DNA of 64,000 nucleotides from Acidobacteriota bacterium (lineage in GTDB: Bacteria > Acidobacteriota > Thermoanaerobaculia > Multivoradales > UBA5704). Each line of letters starts with the position of its first letter. Within the stretch, counting starts at the first letter, position 1. The notes below the pieces were generated by a model, which was not told the origin of the DNA, made no database searches, and saw nothing but the letters and a program-made list of their open reading frames with translations. Made by a program: the position numbers and the translations under genes. The stretch covers positions 1 through 64,000 of the forward strand of contig JBDTZG010000022.1 of the NCBI GenBank assembly GCA_040005235.1. Reading direction: 5' to 3'. Positions 19,548 through 30,064 of the stretch are shown piece by piece.

Positions 19548-20488
19548 CTCCGGGCCTGGCGGCGGGAAAGGCGGGCTTGCCGAAAACGCGCATCCGCTCG
19601 GTCGGCATCGTCGCCAAGGAGGGAAGCCGCGAGGCGACCCAGCTGGCCGACGAGCTAGCCGAATGGCTGCGCCGTCGCGGTATCGAACCGCTCGCCGCGC
19701 GACCGTTCGATCCCGAAAAACCCGGCGATCTGGTGGTCGTGCTGGGCGGCGACGGCACCCTCCTATCGGTCGCGCGCGCCCTCTCGGTCGAGGTTCCGGT
19801 GCTGGGGGTGAACCTCGGCACCCTCGGTTTCCTGACCGAAATCCAGCGTGTCGAGCTCTACCCGGCGCTGGTCGACGTGCTCGACGGCGAATGGACCTTT
19901 GAGCCGCGCGCGCTGTTCGAGGTCGAGGTCTTCCGCCGCGGCGTGGTCCTGCCCTCCCATCGCTTCCGGGCGCTCAACGACGCGGTGATCACCAAGAGCG
20001 CGCTCGCCCGAATCATCGAGCTCACCCTGAGGGTGGACGATCTGATGGTCGCCAATTTCCGCTCCGACGGCCTGATCATCTCCACGCCGACCGGTTCGAC
20101 CGCCTACAACCTGTCGGCCGGCGGACCGATCGTCGATCCGCGCCTGCCGGTCGCCGTGCTCACGCCGATCTGCCCCCACGCCCTGTCGCTGCGGCCGATC
20201 GTGGTGCCGGATTCGACCCGCATCGAAGTGACGCTCGAAAGCGATCGCGGCGACCGGGTCTACGTCACCCTGGACGGCCAGGAAGGAACCCAGCTCGGAC
20301 CCGGCGACGTCGTCCGCGTGACCCGCAGCCCGCGCTCGATCCACCTGGTCAAGGTGAGCGGCCGGAGCTTCTATGACAACCTGCGCGCCAAGCTGCGCTG
20401 GGGCGGCCTGGCGCTCGCAGAAGGCGGCGCGGAAACCCCGGCGATGCCTGGAACCGCTTCCGGAAATTCGGAAGGTAGCCCCGGGTGA
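19544..20488 (+). CDS. nadK: NAD(+) kinase
   Basis: [19 protein letters not shown] and [21 protein letters not shown] motifs. Confidence 0.96.
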   Translation: MTPGLAAGKAGLPKTRIRSVGIVAKEGSREATQLADELAEWLRRRGIEPLAARPFDPEKPGDLVVVLGGDGTLLSVARALSVEVPVLGVNLGTLGFLTEIQRVELYPALVDVLDGEWTFEPRALFEVEVFRRGVVLPSHRFRALNDAVITKSALARIIELTLRVDDLMVANFRSDGLIISTPTGSTAYNLSAGGPIVDPRLPVAVLTPICPHALSLRPIVVPDSTRIEVTLESDRGDRVYVTLDGQEGTQLGPGDVVRVTRSPRSIHLVKVSGRSFYDNLRAKLRWGGLALAEGGAETPAMPGTASGNSEGSPG

Positions 20489-23400
20489 GTCGGCGGGAGG
20501 AGCGCGCCCGGCCGGCCGGGCGCCTCGAAAAAGCAGACGGAGGCGATGCCGATCCGCCGACCCAAGCCAAAAAGCCGAAGCGGCGACGGCCGGGTCGCCT
20601 GCGCCGCTTCGTGCTCCGCCCGTTGGTCTGGGGGGGCGCGCTATTTCTCCTCCTGTTCGCCGGGCTGCTCGCGTTCGTTCAGAGTCCGTTCGCCCGCTCG
20701 CGGCTGGCCACCCTGGTCACCGCGCGGCTCTCCGAGGCGCTCGGCCGTCCGGTCCGCCTGCGCGACGCCCGGGTCGGCCTGCTGCCGCTCGACATCGAGC
20801 TTTACGACCTGGTGATTCCCGGCCGGACGGCCCTAGAACCGCCGTTCGCCGAGGTGCCGCTGCTGCGCATTCAAATCTCCTGGCGGGCGTTGCGCCAACG
20901 GGTGCTCGATCTCGAACAGATCGAGGCGATGCGGCCGACCGTGCGGCTCGATTTCGCCGAGGACGGCTCGACCAACCTGCCGGTTTTCGGCGGCGGCGGA
21001 GGCGGCGGGCGCTCCCGTTTCAGCCTGAAGATCGACCGCGCGCTGGTGCAGGACGGAACGCTGGTCTTGAACGAACGGGTGCTGCCCCTGTCGCTGGAGG
21101 CGCGCGGCGTCTGGGGTCGGGTCATGGGGCCGTCGCCGCAGCACCTTTCCGCCCTTGCCACGGTGCAGGACGTCGAGCTGCTGCTGCCCGATGCGAAGCC
21201 TTATCACCTGACCGCCTCGCTCAAGGGGTTGATCGAGCCGTCGCTGGTGACGATTCAAAACTACCGCCTGGCCGGGCCGGACTTGAACGTCCAGGGCGCC
21301 GGAACCTACTCCTGGAAGGATCATCGGAACGTCTTCGACCTGGGACTCGAAGGCCGGGGCGACGCCGCGCTGGTCGGTCGGCTCGGCTATCTGGCCGATC
21401 CGCTGACCGGCGCGTTTTCGTTCGACGGCCGGGTCGGGGTCGATCCGGAAAAATGGGGTTGGCAGGCCGATCTGGCCGCGCCCGCGGTGCTCTACGGCGG
21501 GGGCGCGGGCGATGGCGGGAAGAAGCCGCGCGAGATCCACGAGGTGTCGGCCCGAGCGATCGGCGGCGCCAAGAGCGTCGACGTCGCGATCGAGCACGCC
21601 CGCTACGCGGAGGGGAGGGTGGCGGGTCAGGTGAAGGTCGACCTCACCCAATCCGGACCGGGCAAGCCGATCGCGATCGACCTCGATTTCGACCAGCTCG
21701 ACGTCGCCCGCTTCCTCGCCGCCGAAGGGCTCGACCTGGCGGTCGCGACTCGCGGCGCCGGATCTTTCGTCTATCGCGCCAAGGCGAACGACCTGCTCGG
21801 CGGAAGCGGCGACATCGGGGTCAAGCTCACCGCCGCGCAGAGCTCGGGGCCCAGCGGCCCGCTGCCGGTCGCGGGCGATCTGCCGCTCACGATCGAGCGC
21901 GGCGTCCTGTCTTCGGCTGGCTTTCATCTGACCGCTCCGTCGGTGACCGCGGAGGGCACCGCGAGCTACGACTTGCAACAATCCAAGGGGACGGTCTCGG
22001 CCCGCTTGGCGACCGCCGACCTCGCCGCCGCGGCGCGCCTGATCCCCCCCTCGGCACCGGCGGCCGGTCCGGAGATCTGGCGCCCGACGGCGGGACGCGG
22101 CACCGCACAGATCGACCTTTCCCTCGCCGATGGCCGCACCTCGACGACGGTCGCCTACGACCTCGCCGCGGTCGCGGCCCCGGTGCTCGCCGCGGACACC
22201 CTTACCGGCTCGTTCACCTGGGCGAGCGACTCGAAGTCCCCAAGCCTCGGCCGAATCGACGACCTCGTGGCGGATGTCCGGCGCGGTGACGCGCGCCTCG
22301 CGGTTTCCGGACGCATTCCCCTCGACTCCGCAGACTCCTCTGGCAGGGGTCTGCCGCTTGCGCTCTCCGTCGAGGCCGAATCCTGGCCCGCGGAGGAGCT
22401 GACGAAGCTGGCGGCAAACCTCTCCTCCGGTTCAGGCGCCGCAACCCTGCCGGCGATCGAAGGCCGAGTCACCGGCCGCGTGGCGCTCGGCGGCAGCTTC
22501 GCCGCGCCGACCGGCCGCGCCGATCTGGCGGTCGAAGGGCTCGCCGTATCGGGCTACCCGCTGGGCCGGGCGGACGCCGCGATCGCCTTCGGTGCCGAGC
22601 GGATAGAGATCGAACGGCTGCTGCTGAAAACCGCGGCGGGCGATCTCTCCGGCAACGGCCGGATCGACCGCGCCTCGCGCCGGATCGAGATGGGGCTGGA
22701 CGCTCCGACGCTCGATCTGGCCGCCGAGCCGTTCAAGAGCCTGCTGGGAGGACCGGACTCCGGCACCGACCTGACCGGAAAGGGCGCGATCCACGCGGCG
22801 GTCTCCGGGACGCTCGACCATCCGGAGGCTACCGTCACCGCGAGCGCGAACGATCTCACGCTCGACGGCCGTCCGCTCGCCCAAGGCGGCACCGCACAAC
22901 TGGTAGCCACCTGGGACGGCGAGGCGGTCGAAGCCCACGGCTCGCTGCTCGGTCTCGCCACGTTCGCCGGCGGCGGCCGGCTCGACACGAAGGGCGCGGA
23001 GGTCGATTTCACGCTCGACAGCCCGAACGTCAAGAACCTGCTGGCGCTCGCCGTCCAGGATACCCCCCTGCCGGAGATCACGGGCAGCCTGGCCGGGCGC
23101 GTCCGGCTCGCCGCTGACTTTTCCGCCGGAACGTTTTCGACCGATCTTTCCGTTCCCCATCTGGACCTTCAGGTCGCCGGCCGCCGGTTGAAGAACCTCG
23201 AACCGATCGTCCTGCGCCTCGACTCGCACCGGCTGAACATCGTTTCGCTCTACCTCGCCGAAGAGGCTTCCGGTAGCGATCTGTTCGCGACCGGCACGAT
23301 CGGCCTGGGGGCCGGAGCGAAGCCGCTCGACTTGAAGTTGCAGAGCACCCTCGCGGCGAGCTGGCTCGCGCTGTTTTCTCCCGGCCTCGACGTCGCGGGC

Positions 23401-24633
23401 TACGTCGACGCGATCGCCACGGTTCGCGGCACGCTCGACCGGCCGTCGATCCGCGGCGAAGGGGAGATCCGCGACGCCCGGCTGATCCTGCCGGACCAGG
23501 CCCTGGGCCTCGAAGAGATGGCCGGCACGATCCTGTTCAACCGCGATCAGATCGTCTTGGACAACCTGCGCGCCAGAGTGGGCGCCGGAACTCTCCGGGC
23601 CTCGGGCCGGGTCTCGGTGCCGGCGTCCGGCGCCGAGATTTCCTACTCGTTCCAGGCGATCGGCGACCGCATCTCGGTGCGCTTTCCGGAAGGGTTCCTC
23701 TCGCGCGGCGACGCCCAAGTCTCGATCGCCTCCACCCGCGAGGGGCGTCAGATCTCGGGAGAGATCAAGCTCGATCGGGCGTTTTATCTCGACGACGTGG
23801 CGGTCGGCACCCTGGACCTCTTGTCGAGCGCGTTCCGCCGCAGCCGTCTGGAGGTCGAGGAGGCCGACCCGTTCCTCGCGTCGACCGTGCTCAACCTGCG
23901 CGTCGTCGGCCCCGGCTCGCTGCGGGTCCACAATAACGTGGCCGACCTGCGCGGCGACGTCGACCTTTCGATCCGCGGCAACGCGGCGCGCCCGGTGGTG
24001 TTCGGCGCAGTCGAGATCGCCGAGGGGGGCAAGCTGATCTACGCCGACAATGAGTACCGGGTCGAGCGCGGTCGAGTCACGTTCGACAATCCGAACCGGA
24101 TCGATCCGGTAATCGACTTGACCGCCAAGACCGAGGTCAAGAACTACGAGATCGCGCTCGATCTTTCGGGCACCGTCGATCGCCTGACCGCGCATTTCCG
24201 GAGCGAGGACGGGCTCGCGGACCTGGATGTCCTGTCGCTGCTCGCCACCGGCCGCGAGCTTGATCCTGGCGCGAGCGAGATCGGGCTCAACACCACGGCC
24301 TCCACCCCCACGCCCGGCCCGAGCTTCGCCGCGGAGTTCCTTGCCAGCCAAGCTGCGTCGGCAGTCTCCAAGCGGGTGCAGAATCTGTTCGGCTTCGACC
24401 GCTTCCGCATCGATCCGTTGGCCGGCGGCACCGGCTCGATCTCGAACGTTCAGTTGACGGTCGGCAAACGCTTGTCGAAAAAACTGTTTGTGACCTATAC
24501 GACGACCCCTTCGGCGTCGGAGACGACCGTGCTCCAGGCCGAATGGCAGGTGGGCAAGAATGTGGTCGTCCTGTTCACCAGCAACGGCAGCGACCGCTAT
24601 TCGGTGGACGTCCAGTGGGAGAAGCGCCGTTGA
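20485..24633 (+). CDS. tamB: TamB/AsmA-like translocation and assembly module protein
   Basis: N-terminal TM anchor, long beta-rich body, C-terminal TamB-like region (LTVGKRLS..LFV.Y); adjacent to an Omp85 gene. Confidence 0.85.
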   Translation: MSRREERARPAGRLEKADGGDADPPTQAKKPKRRRPGRLRRFVLRPLVWGGALFLLLFAGLLAFVQSPFARSRLATLVTARLSEALGRPVRLRDARVGLLPLDIELYDLVIPGRTALEPPFAEVPLLRIQISWRALRQRVLDLEQIEAMRPTVRLDFAEDGSTNLPVFGGGGGGGRSRFSLKIDRALVQDGTLVLNERVLPLSLEARGVWGRVMGPSPQHLSALATVQDVELLLPDAKPYHLTASLKGLIEPSLVTIQNYRLAGPDLNVQGAGTYSWKDHRNVFDLGLEGRGDAALVGRLGYLADPLTGAFSFDGRVGVDPEKWGWQADLAAPAVLYGGGAGDGGKKPREIHEVSARAIGGAKSVDVAIEHARYAEGRVAGQVKVDLTQSGPGKPIAIDLDFDQLDVARFLAAEGLDLAVATRGAGSFVYRAKANDLLGGSGDIGVKLTAAQSSGPSGPLPVAGDLPLTIERGVLSSAGFHLTAPSVTAEGTASYDLQQSKGTVSARLATADLAAAARLIPPSAPAAGPEIWRPTAGRGTAQIDLSLADGRTSTTVAYDLAAVAAPVLAADTLTGSFTWASDSKSPSLGRIDDLVADVRRGDARLAVSGRIPLDSADSSGRGLPLALSVEAESWPAEELTKLAANLSSGSGAATLPAIEGRVTGRVALGGSFAAPTGRADLAVEGLAVSGYPLGRADAAIAFGAERIEIERLLLKTAAGDLSGNGRIDRASRRIEMGLDAPTLDLAAEPFKSLLGGPDSGTDLTGKGAIHAAVSGTLDHPEATVTASANDLTLDGRPLAQGGTAQLVATWDGEAVEAHGSLLGLATFAGGGRLDTKGAEVDFTLDSPNVKNLLALAVQDTPLPEITGSLAGRVRLAADFSAGTFSTDLSVPHLDLQVAGRRLKNLEPIVLRLDSHRLNIVSLYLAEEASGSDLFATGTIGLGAGAKPLDLKLQSTLAASWLALFSPGLDVAGYVDAIATVRGTLDRPSIRGEGEIRDARLILPDQALGLEEMAGTILFNRDQIVLDNLRARVGAGTLRASGRVSVPASGAEISYSFQAIGDRISVRFPEGFLSRGDAQVSIASTREGRQISGEIKLDRAFYLDDVAVGTLDLLSSAFRRSRLEVEEADPFLASTVLNLRVVGPGSLRVHNNVADLRGDVDLSIRGNAARPVVFGAVEIAEGGKLIYADNEYRVERGRVTFDNPNRIDPVIDLTAKTEVKNYEIALDLSGTVDRLTAHFRSEDGLADLDVLSLLATGRELDPGASEIGLNTTASTPTPGPSFAAEFLASQAASAVSKRVQNLFGFDRFRIDPLAGGTGSISNVQLTVGKRLSKKLFVTYTTTPSASETTVLQAEWQVGKNVVVLFTSNGSDRYSVDVQWEKRR

Positions 24634-27614
24634 GAAGGGCGGCCCCGCTCAAGGGAGTCGTGGGACTCGTTGGAGTCTTCGGGCTCGCCGCAGCTATCGG
24701 GCTTGGGGGGCTTCTCACGGCGGCGCCCGCCCCGGCGGAAGAAACCGCGCCGTCCCCGCCCGCGCCGGGGACCACCGGGCCGATCGTCCAGGCGATCGAA
24801 ATCCGCAGCGAGACGCCGATCGATCCCAACGAGGATCTCGTGTCGCTGCTTTCGATCGAGGTCGGCAAGCCGCTTTCGGACCTCGCGATCCGTCGCACCC
24901 TCGCGAACCTCCAGGCGAGCGGCGCGATCGCCCACGCCGCGGTCTACTCGCGGCCGGCGGGCCCTCCGGCGCACCCGACGCCCGCAGACACCCCCGGCAC
25001 CTTTGAGACTCCTGAAGTCATCGCGATCGTCGCCCTCTGGGCGAGCGTGCGGGTCGAATCGGTCGGCCTCGAAGGCAAGTTCGGGGTCAAACAGGCCGAC
25101 CTGCGCGGCCAGGTGGTCCAGAGGGAAGCCGAGCCGCTGTCCGAAGGGGCGGTGATCCGCGGCGTCTATCGGTTGGAGGACTATCTGATCAAAGAAGGTT
25201 TCCGCACCCCGAGCGTCAGAGTGCGGGTTACCTTGCCGAACGCGCGCACCGCCAAGGTGGTCTACCAGATCGACGCCGGACCGCGCACGGAGGTTTCGGC
25301 GATCGATTTCGAAGGCACCCTCGGCCCCTGGAAGCCCGAGGAGCTGCGCGCCCAACTGCGCACCAAGCTCGGTGCGCCCTACCGCGCCGATACTCTGGAC
25401 GACGACGTCGAGCGGCTCCAGCGGTGGTTGGCCAAGGGACTCTACGGCCGTGCCCGTCTGGGCGAGCCGCGGGTCGAATCCGCCGTCGCGGTACCCCCGG
25501 CTACGGGCGCTCCGGTGGCAGCCCAAGGTTCGACGACCGAGGTGCCGCTCGTGCGGGTGATCTTTCCCGTCGAGGTCGGGCCGAAGATCGAGGTCCGCGT
25601 AGTAGGCGCCGATCTCGACAAGCTCAAGAAGAAGGGCCTGCTGCCGTTTCTCGGCGATACGGGGTACGACGAAGCGCTGGTCCTCAGCTCGGTGGCGAAG
25701 ATCAAGGACGACTTCCAGCGCCAGGGCCATTACCACGTGAAGATCGATCCTCAGGAAATGCCCGCGGGCGACAAGTTCGTGATCGAGCTCAAGATCGAGC
25801 CCGGCGCGGTCTACATCCTCCGGCGGGTCGAGCTATCGGGCAACTCGACTTTTTCCGACAAGACCCTGGAAGATTTCACCGCGGTTTCGGCCCGCCGGTT
25901 GCTCTCGATCGGCAGCGGCCGACTGATCGAATCGGAGCTGGCGCAGGACGTCAAAAACCTGCGCGCCTATTATCTGCTTCAGGGATTTCCCGACGTCCAG
26001 GTCGGCCCGCCGCAAGTCGCGGAGGAAGGGTTGGATCTCACGGTCAAAATCCCGATCCGCGAAGGCCGGCGCGAGCAGATCGGCACGGTCACCTATTCCG
26101 GCTTCGAGCCCGATCATTTGAACCCGGAGCGCTTGAGCCCGCCGCTCAAGCTCGCCGACGGTCCCTACCATCCTCAGATCGTCGACGGCGTCCTGGAGCG
26201 CCTGCGGGCGGAGTACTCGGGCGTCGGCTTTTCCGAAGCCCGGGTCTCCGCCGAATCGACTTGGAACGAGGACCACAGCCGCGTCGACCTGGTCTTTTCC
26301 GCGCTCGAAGGCCCGCGCATCACGGTCGATCGGATCATCGTGCGCGGCAACCGCCGGACCGATTCGGAGGTGATCCGCCGTACCCTCGGTCTCAAGCCCG
26401 GCGATCCTGCGAGCGACGCCAGGCTGCTCGAAGTCGAGCGCACTCTCTACAAGCTGAACATCTTCTCGCGGGTCGAGGTCGAGCTGGTCCGTTCGGCGCT
26501 CGACGATACGACGCGCGACGTGCTGGTCCGCGTCCAGGAAGGCAAGCCGGTCACCCTCACCTACGGCATCGGCTACGACTCGGACGACGGACTGCGCGGC
26601 CTCCTCGGCTTCAATCATTCGAACGTCGGCGGCCAGGCCTACGCGTTGCGCAGCGACCTGCGGCTGTCGAGCACCTCCAGCCGCTTCCGCCTGCTGTTCG
26701 ACCAGCCGTACGTCTTCCACCTGGCGAAGCCCCTCACCACGTCGCTCTTTTACGAGCAGGGCCAGGCGGCGCAGAAGGCGTTCGAGCTGACCCGCTATGG
26801 CGCGCGCACCGAGACCACCGACGCGGTGGGCCGGCACGGTCGCCTCTCGCTCGGTCTCGACTACCGGGTGGTCGAAGTCGACAAGCTCGCCACCGGGGTC
26901 GCGCTCTCCGACCTCGAACGCGACGCCCGGCCGGTGCAACTCGCGAACTTCTACCCCAGCTTCCTCTACGACCGGCGGGACGATCCGGTTCTCCCCTCGC
27001 GCGGCTACTCGAGCCTGGCGCAGCTTCAATACTCGTTCCCGCTGCTCGGCGCGCAGGGCGATTTCCTGAAGGTATTCCTCCAGCAGACCCAGCTGTTCCC
27101 GTTCAAAGGCGGCAAGAGCGGCCGGCAGATGGTGCTCGCCGCCTCTTTGCGAACCGGTGGGATCGAAGCCTTCCGCGAGCTGGCCTCGGCGGACGACACC
27201 ACCGATCTCGCCAGCCGCAACATCTTCATTTCGGAGCGCTTCTTCTCCGGCGGCAGCACCACCCACCGGGCCTTCGGCCGTGACGAGCTGGGCCTTCCGG
27301 GGAAGACTCTAATCCTCCCCGACGGCAAAAGCTCCTTCGTGCCGATCGGCGGCAACGGCCTGCTCCTCGCGAACCTGGAGCTGCGCTTCCCGCTCGCCGG
27401 AGCCCTTGGCGGAGTGGTCTTCGCCGACAGCGGGAACGTCTGGGCCGACTGGCGCGACATCGACCCGTCGGAGCTCCGCACCGGGGTGGGCGTGGGCCTC
27501 CGCTATCTCTCCCCGATCGGCCCTTTGCGCATCGATTTCGGCTGGAAGCTCGACCGCGAAAAAGAGGAGAAGAAGGGCGTGCAGATCTCGTTCACGTTCG
27601 GCAATCCGTTCTGA
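24630..27614 (+). CDS. Omp85-family (BamA/TamA) outer-membrane protein with POTRA domains
   Basis: POTRA repeats (I.V.GN.RT..EVIRR); RFFSGG...RAF; G.G.GLRY.SPIGPLRIDFG; C-terminal Phe. Start uncertain. Confidence 0.9.
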   Translation: MRRAAPLKGVVGLVGVFGLAAAIGLGGLLTAAPAPAEETAPSPPAPGTTGPIVQAIEIRSETPIDPNEDLVSLLSIEVGKPLSDLAIRRTLANLQASGAIAHAAVYSRPAGPPAHPTPADTPGTFETPEVIAIVALWASVRVESVGLEGKFGVKQADLRGQVVQREAEPLSEGAVIRGVYRLEDYLIKEGFRTPSVRVRVTLPNARTAKVVYQIDAGPRTEVSAIDFEGTLGPWKPEELRAQLRTKLGAPYRADTLDDDVERLQRWLAKGLYGRARLGEPRVESAVAVPPATGAPVAAQGSTTEVPLVRVIFPVEVGPKIEVRVVGADLDKLKKKGLLPFLGDTGYDEALVLSSVAKIKDDFQRQGHYHVKIDPQEMPAGDKFVIELKIEPGAVYILRRVELSGNSTFSDKTLEDFTAVSARRLLSIGSGRLIESELAQDVKNLRAYYLLQGFPDVQVGPPQVAEEGLDLTVKIPIREGRREQIGTVTYSGFEPDHLNPERLSPPLKLADGPYHPQIVDGVLERLRAEYSGVGFSEARVSAESTWNEDHSRVDLVFSALEGPRITVDRIIVRGNRRTDSEVIRRTLGLKPGDPASDARLLEVERTLYKLNIFSRVEVELVRSALDDTTRDVLVRVQEGKPVTLTYGIGYDSDDGLRGLLGFNHSNVGGQAYALRSDLRLSSTSSRFRLLFDQPYVFHLAKPLTTSLFYEQGQAAQKAFELTRYGARTETTDAVGRHGRLSLGLDYRVVEVDKLATGVALSDLERDARPVQLANFYPSFLYDRRDDPVLPSRGYSSLAQLQYSFPLLGAQGDFLKVFLQQTQLFPFKGGKSGRQMVLAASLRTGGIEAFRELASADDTTDLASRNIFISERFFSGGSTTHRAFGRDELGLPGKTLILPDGKSSFVPIGGNGLLLANLELRFPLAGALGGVVFADSGNVWADWRDIDPSELRTGVGVGLRYLSPIGPLRIDFGWKLDREKEEKKGVQISFTFGNPF

Positions 27615-27677
27615 CGGCAGCCCCAGGGGGCGCCGGCACCCAGGCAACCCCCACCTGCGCTATCGTTCGCACCGCCC

Positions 27678-28982
27678 ATGAGAGACCTCACCCCGCAAGC
27701 CTTCGCCACCGCCCTCTTGGACGCCGGCATTCACCGCGCGTTTTTCGCCTGGGATGCCGCGTCCGGCATCCTTCGCGCTTCGCATCCGCTGCTCGATCCG
27801 CTCGCCCGAATGCTCGCCGAGGACCGGCGCGATTTCGACCGCCACGAGGGGATCTTCCTCCAGGTGGCTCCCGACACCGGGGTGCTCCAGGCCGCGTTCG
27901 TCCACCGCACCTGCCGCGGCCAGGGCTCCGGCGGCCTGCGCTTCTGGCGCTACGACACGATGGAGGATTTTCTCCGCGACGGCCTGCGCCTTTCGCGCGG
28001 CATGACGCACAAGAACGCTCTCGCCGGCATTTGGTGGGGGGGCGGCAAAGGGGTGATCGCCCGCGGCACCGGCCGGTCGGAAGAGCCGGAGGCCCGCAAG
28101 CGGATCTTCGAAGAGTACGGCGCCTTCGTCTCCAGCCTCGCAGGCTGCTACGTCACGGCGGAAGACGTGGGCACGGTCCCCGCCGACATCGCGACGGTCT
28201 TTTCGGCCAGCCGCTTCGTCACCTGCATTCCTCCCGCCGTAGGCGGCAGCGGCAACCCCTCGGCCCCCACCGCTCGCGGCGTGGTCCGCGGCATGGAGGC
28301 TGCCCTCGCGCACCTGGGGATGGGAACGCTCGAAGGCAAAAGCGTCGCGGTCCAGGGTCTCGGCCACGTAGGCGATGCCCTGATCGGCTTCTTAGCCGAA
28401 CGTGGCGTCCGCCGCATCGTCGGCTCGGACGTCTCGGCCGACCGGGTGACGGCGCTGGTTGAAAAGACCGAGGGCTACCCGAATCTGGAGCTGGACCTCC
28501 GAGTGGTCGAGCGCGGCGACGACTCGATTCTCGCGGTGGAAGCCGACCTGCTCGCCCCCTGCGCCACGGGAGGAGTCCTCGGACCGCAGAGCATCCCGGG
28601 CATCCAAGCGAAAATCGTCTGCGGCGCGGCGAACAACCAGCTGGAGGATCCGGAGCGCGACGACTTGTCCCTCGCCGAACGGGGCATCCTCTACCTGCCC
28701 GACTTCCTGGTGAACCGGATGGGGATCGTCAACTGCGCCGACGAGGCGTTCGGCTCGCTCCCCCACGACCCGCGGATCGAAGCCCACCTCGGCGACGAAT
28801 GGGACAACAGCATCTACAACCTCTCGCTCGCAATCCTCAAAACCGCCCAGGATTCCGGAAAAACCCCGGCCCGCGTCGCCTTGGAACTCGCCGAGAAGCG
28901 CTCGTTCGATCTCCACCCCATCTGGGGCCACCGCGGCGCACAGATCATCGCCAGCCGGGTCGCCGGGGGGTGGGCGGGGTAA
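27678..28982 (+). CDS. Glu/Leu/Phe/Val dehydrogenase family protein
   Basis: GGLR, LSRGMTHK, GGGKGV, TAEDVGT, VAVQGLGHVG, PCATGG and GAANNQL motifs. Confidence 0.92.
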   Translation: MRDLTPQAFATALLDAGIHRAFFAWDAASGILRASHPLLDPLARMLAEDRRDFDRHEGIFLQVAPDTGVLQAAFVHRTCRGQGSGGLRFWRYDTMEDFLRDGLRLSRGMTHKNALAGIWWGGGKGVIARGTGRSEEPEARKRIFEEYGAFVSSLAGCYVTAEDVGTVPADIATVFSASRFVTCIPPAVGGSGNPSAPTARGVVRGMEAALAHLGMGTLEGKSVAVQGLGHVGDALIGFLAERGVRRIVGSDVSADRVTALVEKTEGYPNLELDLRVVERGDDSILAVEADLLAPCATGGVLGPQSIPGIQAKIVCGAANNQLEDPERDDLSLAERGILYLPDFLVNRMGIVNCADEAFGSLPHDPRIEAHLGDEWDNSIYNLSLAILKTAQDSGKTPARVALELAEKRSFDLHPIWGHRGAQIIASRVAGGWAG

Positions 28983-28988
28983 AAAATC

Positions 28989-29681
28989 CTACCGCCTGCG
29001 GAACACGAAAAGATGCTGCGTCGGCAGGCTCTCGATCCTCTCGGCCAGCTCGAATCCTGCCGGAATCCACTCGCCGAGCACTTGCTCGACCGACATCCGG
29101 TGCTCGATGTTGATCTTGAGGGCGGTGTCTCCCTCCAATCGGTACTCGACCAAAGCGACCCGGCCGCCCGGTGCGAGGGACGTCAGCAGATGAGCGAGCA
29201 TCTCTTTCGGTTTCTGGAACTCGTGGTAGACGTCCACCAGCAGAATCAGATCGATCCCGCCGGCCGGCAGCCTCGGATCGGTCTCGGTCCCAAGGATCGT
29301 CCGAATGTTCGAGATCCCATCCTCCTTGGCCCGCATCCGCACCCGCTCCAGCATCTCCGGCTGAATCTCCTCGGCATAAATGATCCCCCGAGGAGCCACC
29401 CGCCCCGCCATTCGCCGCGCGAAATACCCCGTCCCGCACCCCACGTCCGCCACCCGGTCCCCATCCTTCAACCCCAAAATCTCCAACAGCTCATCCGGCC
29501 GCTCCTCCCCCTCCCGACTCTCCCGCTCCAACCACTCCTGCCCCGTAAACACCTGAGCCGGCTTGCGATGCGGAACCGGCTGTTCCGCGCACCCGCCGCA
29601 GGCGACGAGGAGTGAGGCGACAAGGGAAGCGAGAAAGGCGAAGGAGAGAGAAACGGAACGGGGCAAGCGGCGCGCGTTCAT
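28989..29681 (-). CDS. Class I SAM-dependent methyltransferase with probable lipoprotein/signal N-terminus
   Basis: VADVGCGTGYF, D.ILLVDVYHE and LPTQH motifs; ATG 29681. Confidence 0.88.
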   Translation of the reverse strand: MNARRLPRSVSLSFAFLASLVASLLVACGGCAEQPVPHRKPAQVFTGQEWLERESREGEERPDELLEILGLKDGDRVADVGCGTGYFARRMAGRVAPRGIIYAEEIQPEMLERVRMRAKEDGISNIRTILGTETDPRLPAGGIDLILLVDVYHEFQKPKEMLAHLLTSLAPGGRVALVEYRLEGDTALKINIEHRMSVEQVLGEWIPAGFELAERIESLPTQHLFVFRRR

Positions 29682-29713
29682 GGAGGAGAGTGTACTCGGC
29701 AGGGCGAGACAGA

Positions 29714-29972
29714 CTCTCGAACCGTCGAAGTTCACTTTTTTCCGGTTTAGGAGTGAACTCGAGGAGCTGGAGAGCGAACTTTTTCGCCTGAAGTTCGCTT
29801 TCAAACGGTTGAAGTTCACTTTTCAGCCGTTGGAGAGTGAACTCGAGGAGTTTGAAAGCGAACTTTTTTGGTTCAAGTTCGCTCTCGAACCGTTGAAGTT
29901 CACTTTTTTCCGGTTGGAGAGTGAACTCGAGGCGGTGAGGAGCGAACTTTTTCGGTTCAAGTTCGCTTTCGA
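29714..29972. repeat. 3 x 84-bp tandem repeat built from 12 copies of a 9-bp motif in both orientations
   Basis: Units start at 29714, 29798 and 29882. AAGTTCRCT at 29728, 29791, 29812, 29875, 29896, 29959; inverse AGYGAACTY at 29752, 29773, 29836, 29857, 29920, 29941. Confidence 0.95.
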
Positions 29973-29999
29973 GGTTCCCGCCTTGGTAGGAACCCTGCG

Positions 30000-30008
30000 T
30001 GGTAAAAT
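30000..30008 (+). promoter_or_regulatory. Putative extended -10 promoter element
   Basis: TG-G-TAAAAT about 57 bp upstream of ATG 30065. Confidence 0.45.
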
Positions 30009-30064
30009 GGCCCTGCGGAGATCTCCGCTCTTGTTGGGGGTGTATCGTGGCCCGTTCTTCGCCG

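Noticed and set aside
29714-29972. CRISPR array or coding ORF 29563-30153 / N-terminal extension of the methyltransferase
   Set aside because: Intervening segments are short and themselves repeated; the ORFs are low-complexity read-throughs of the repeat
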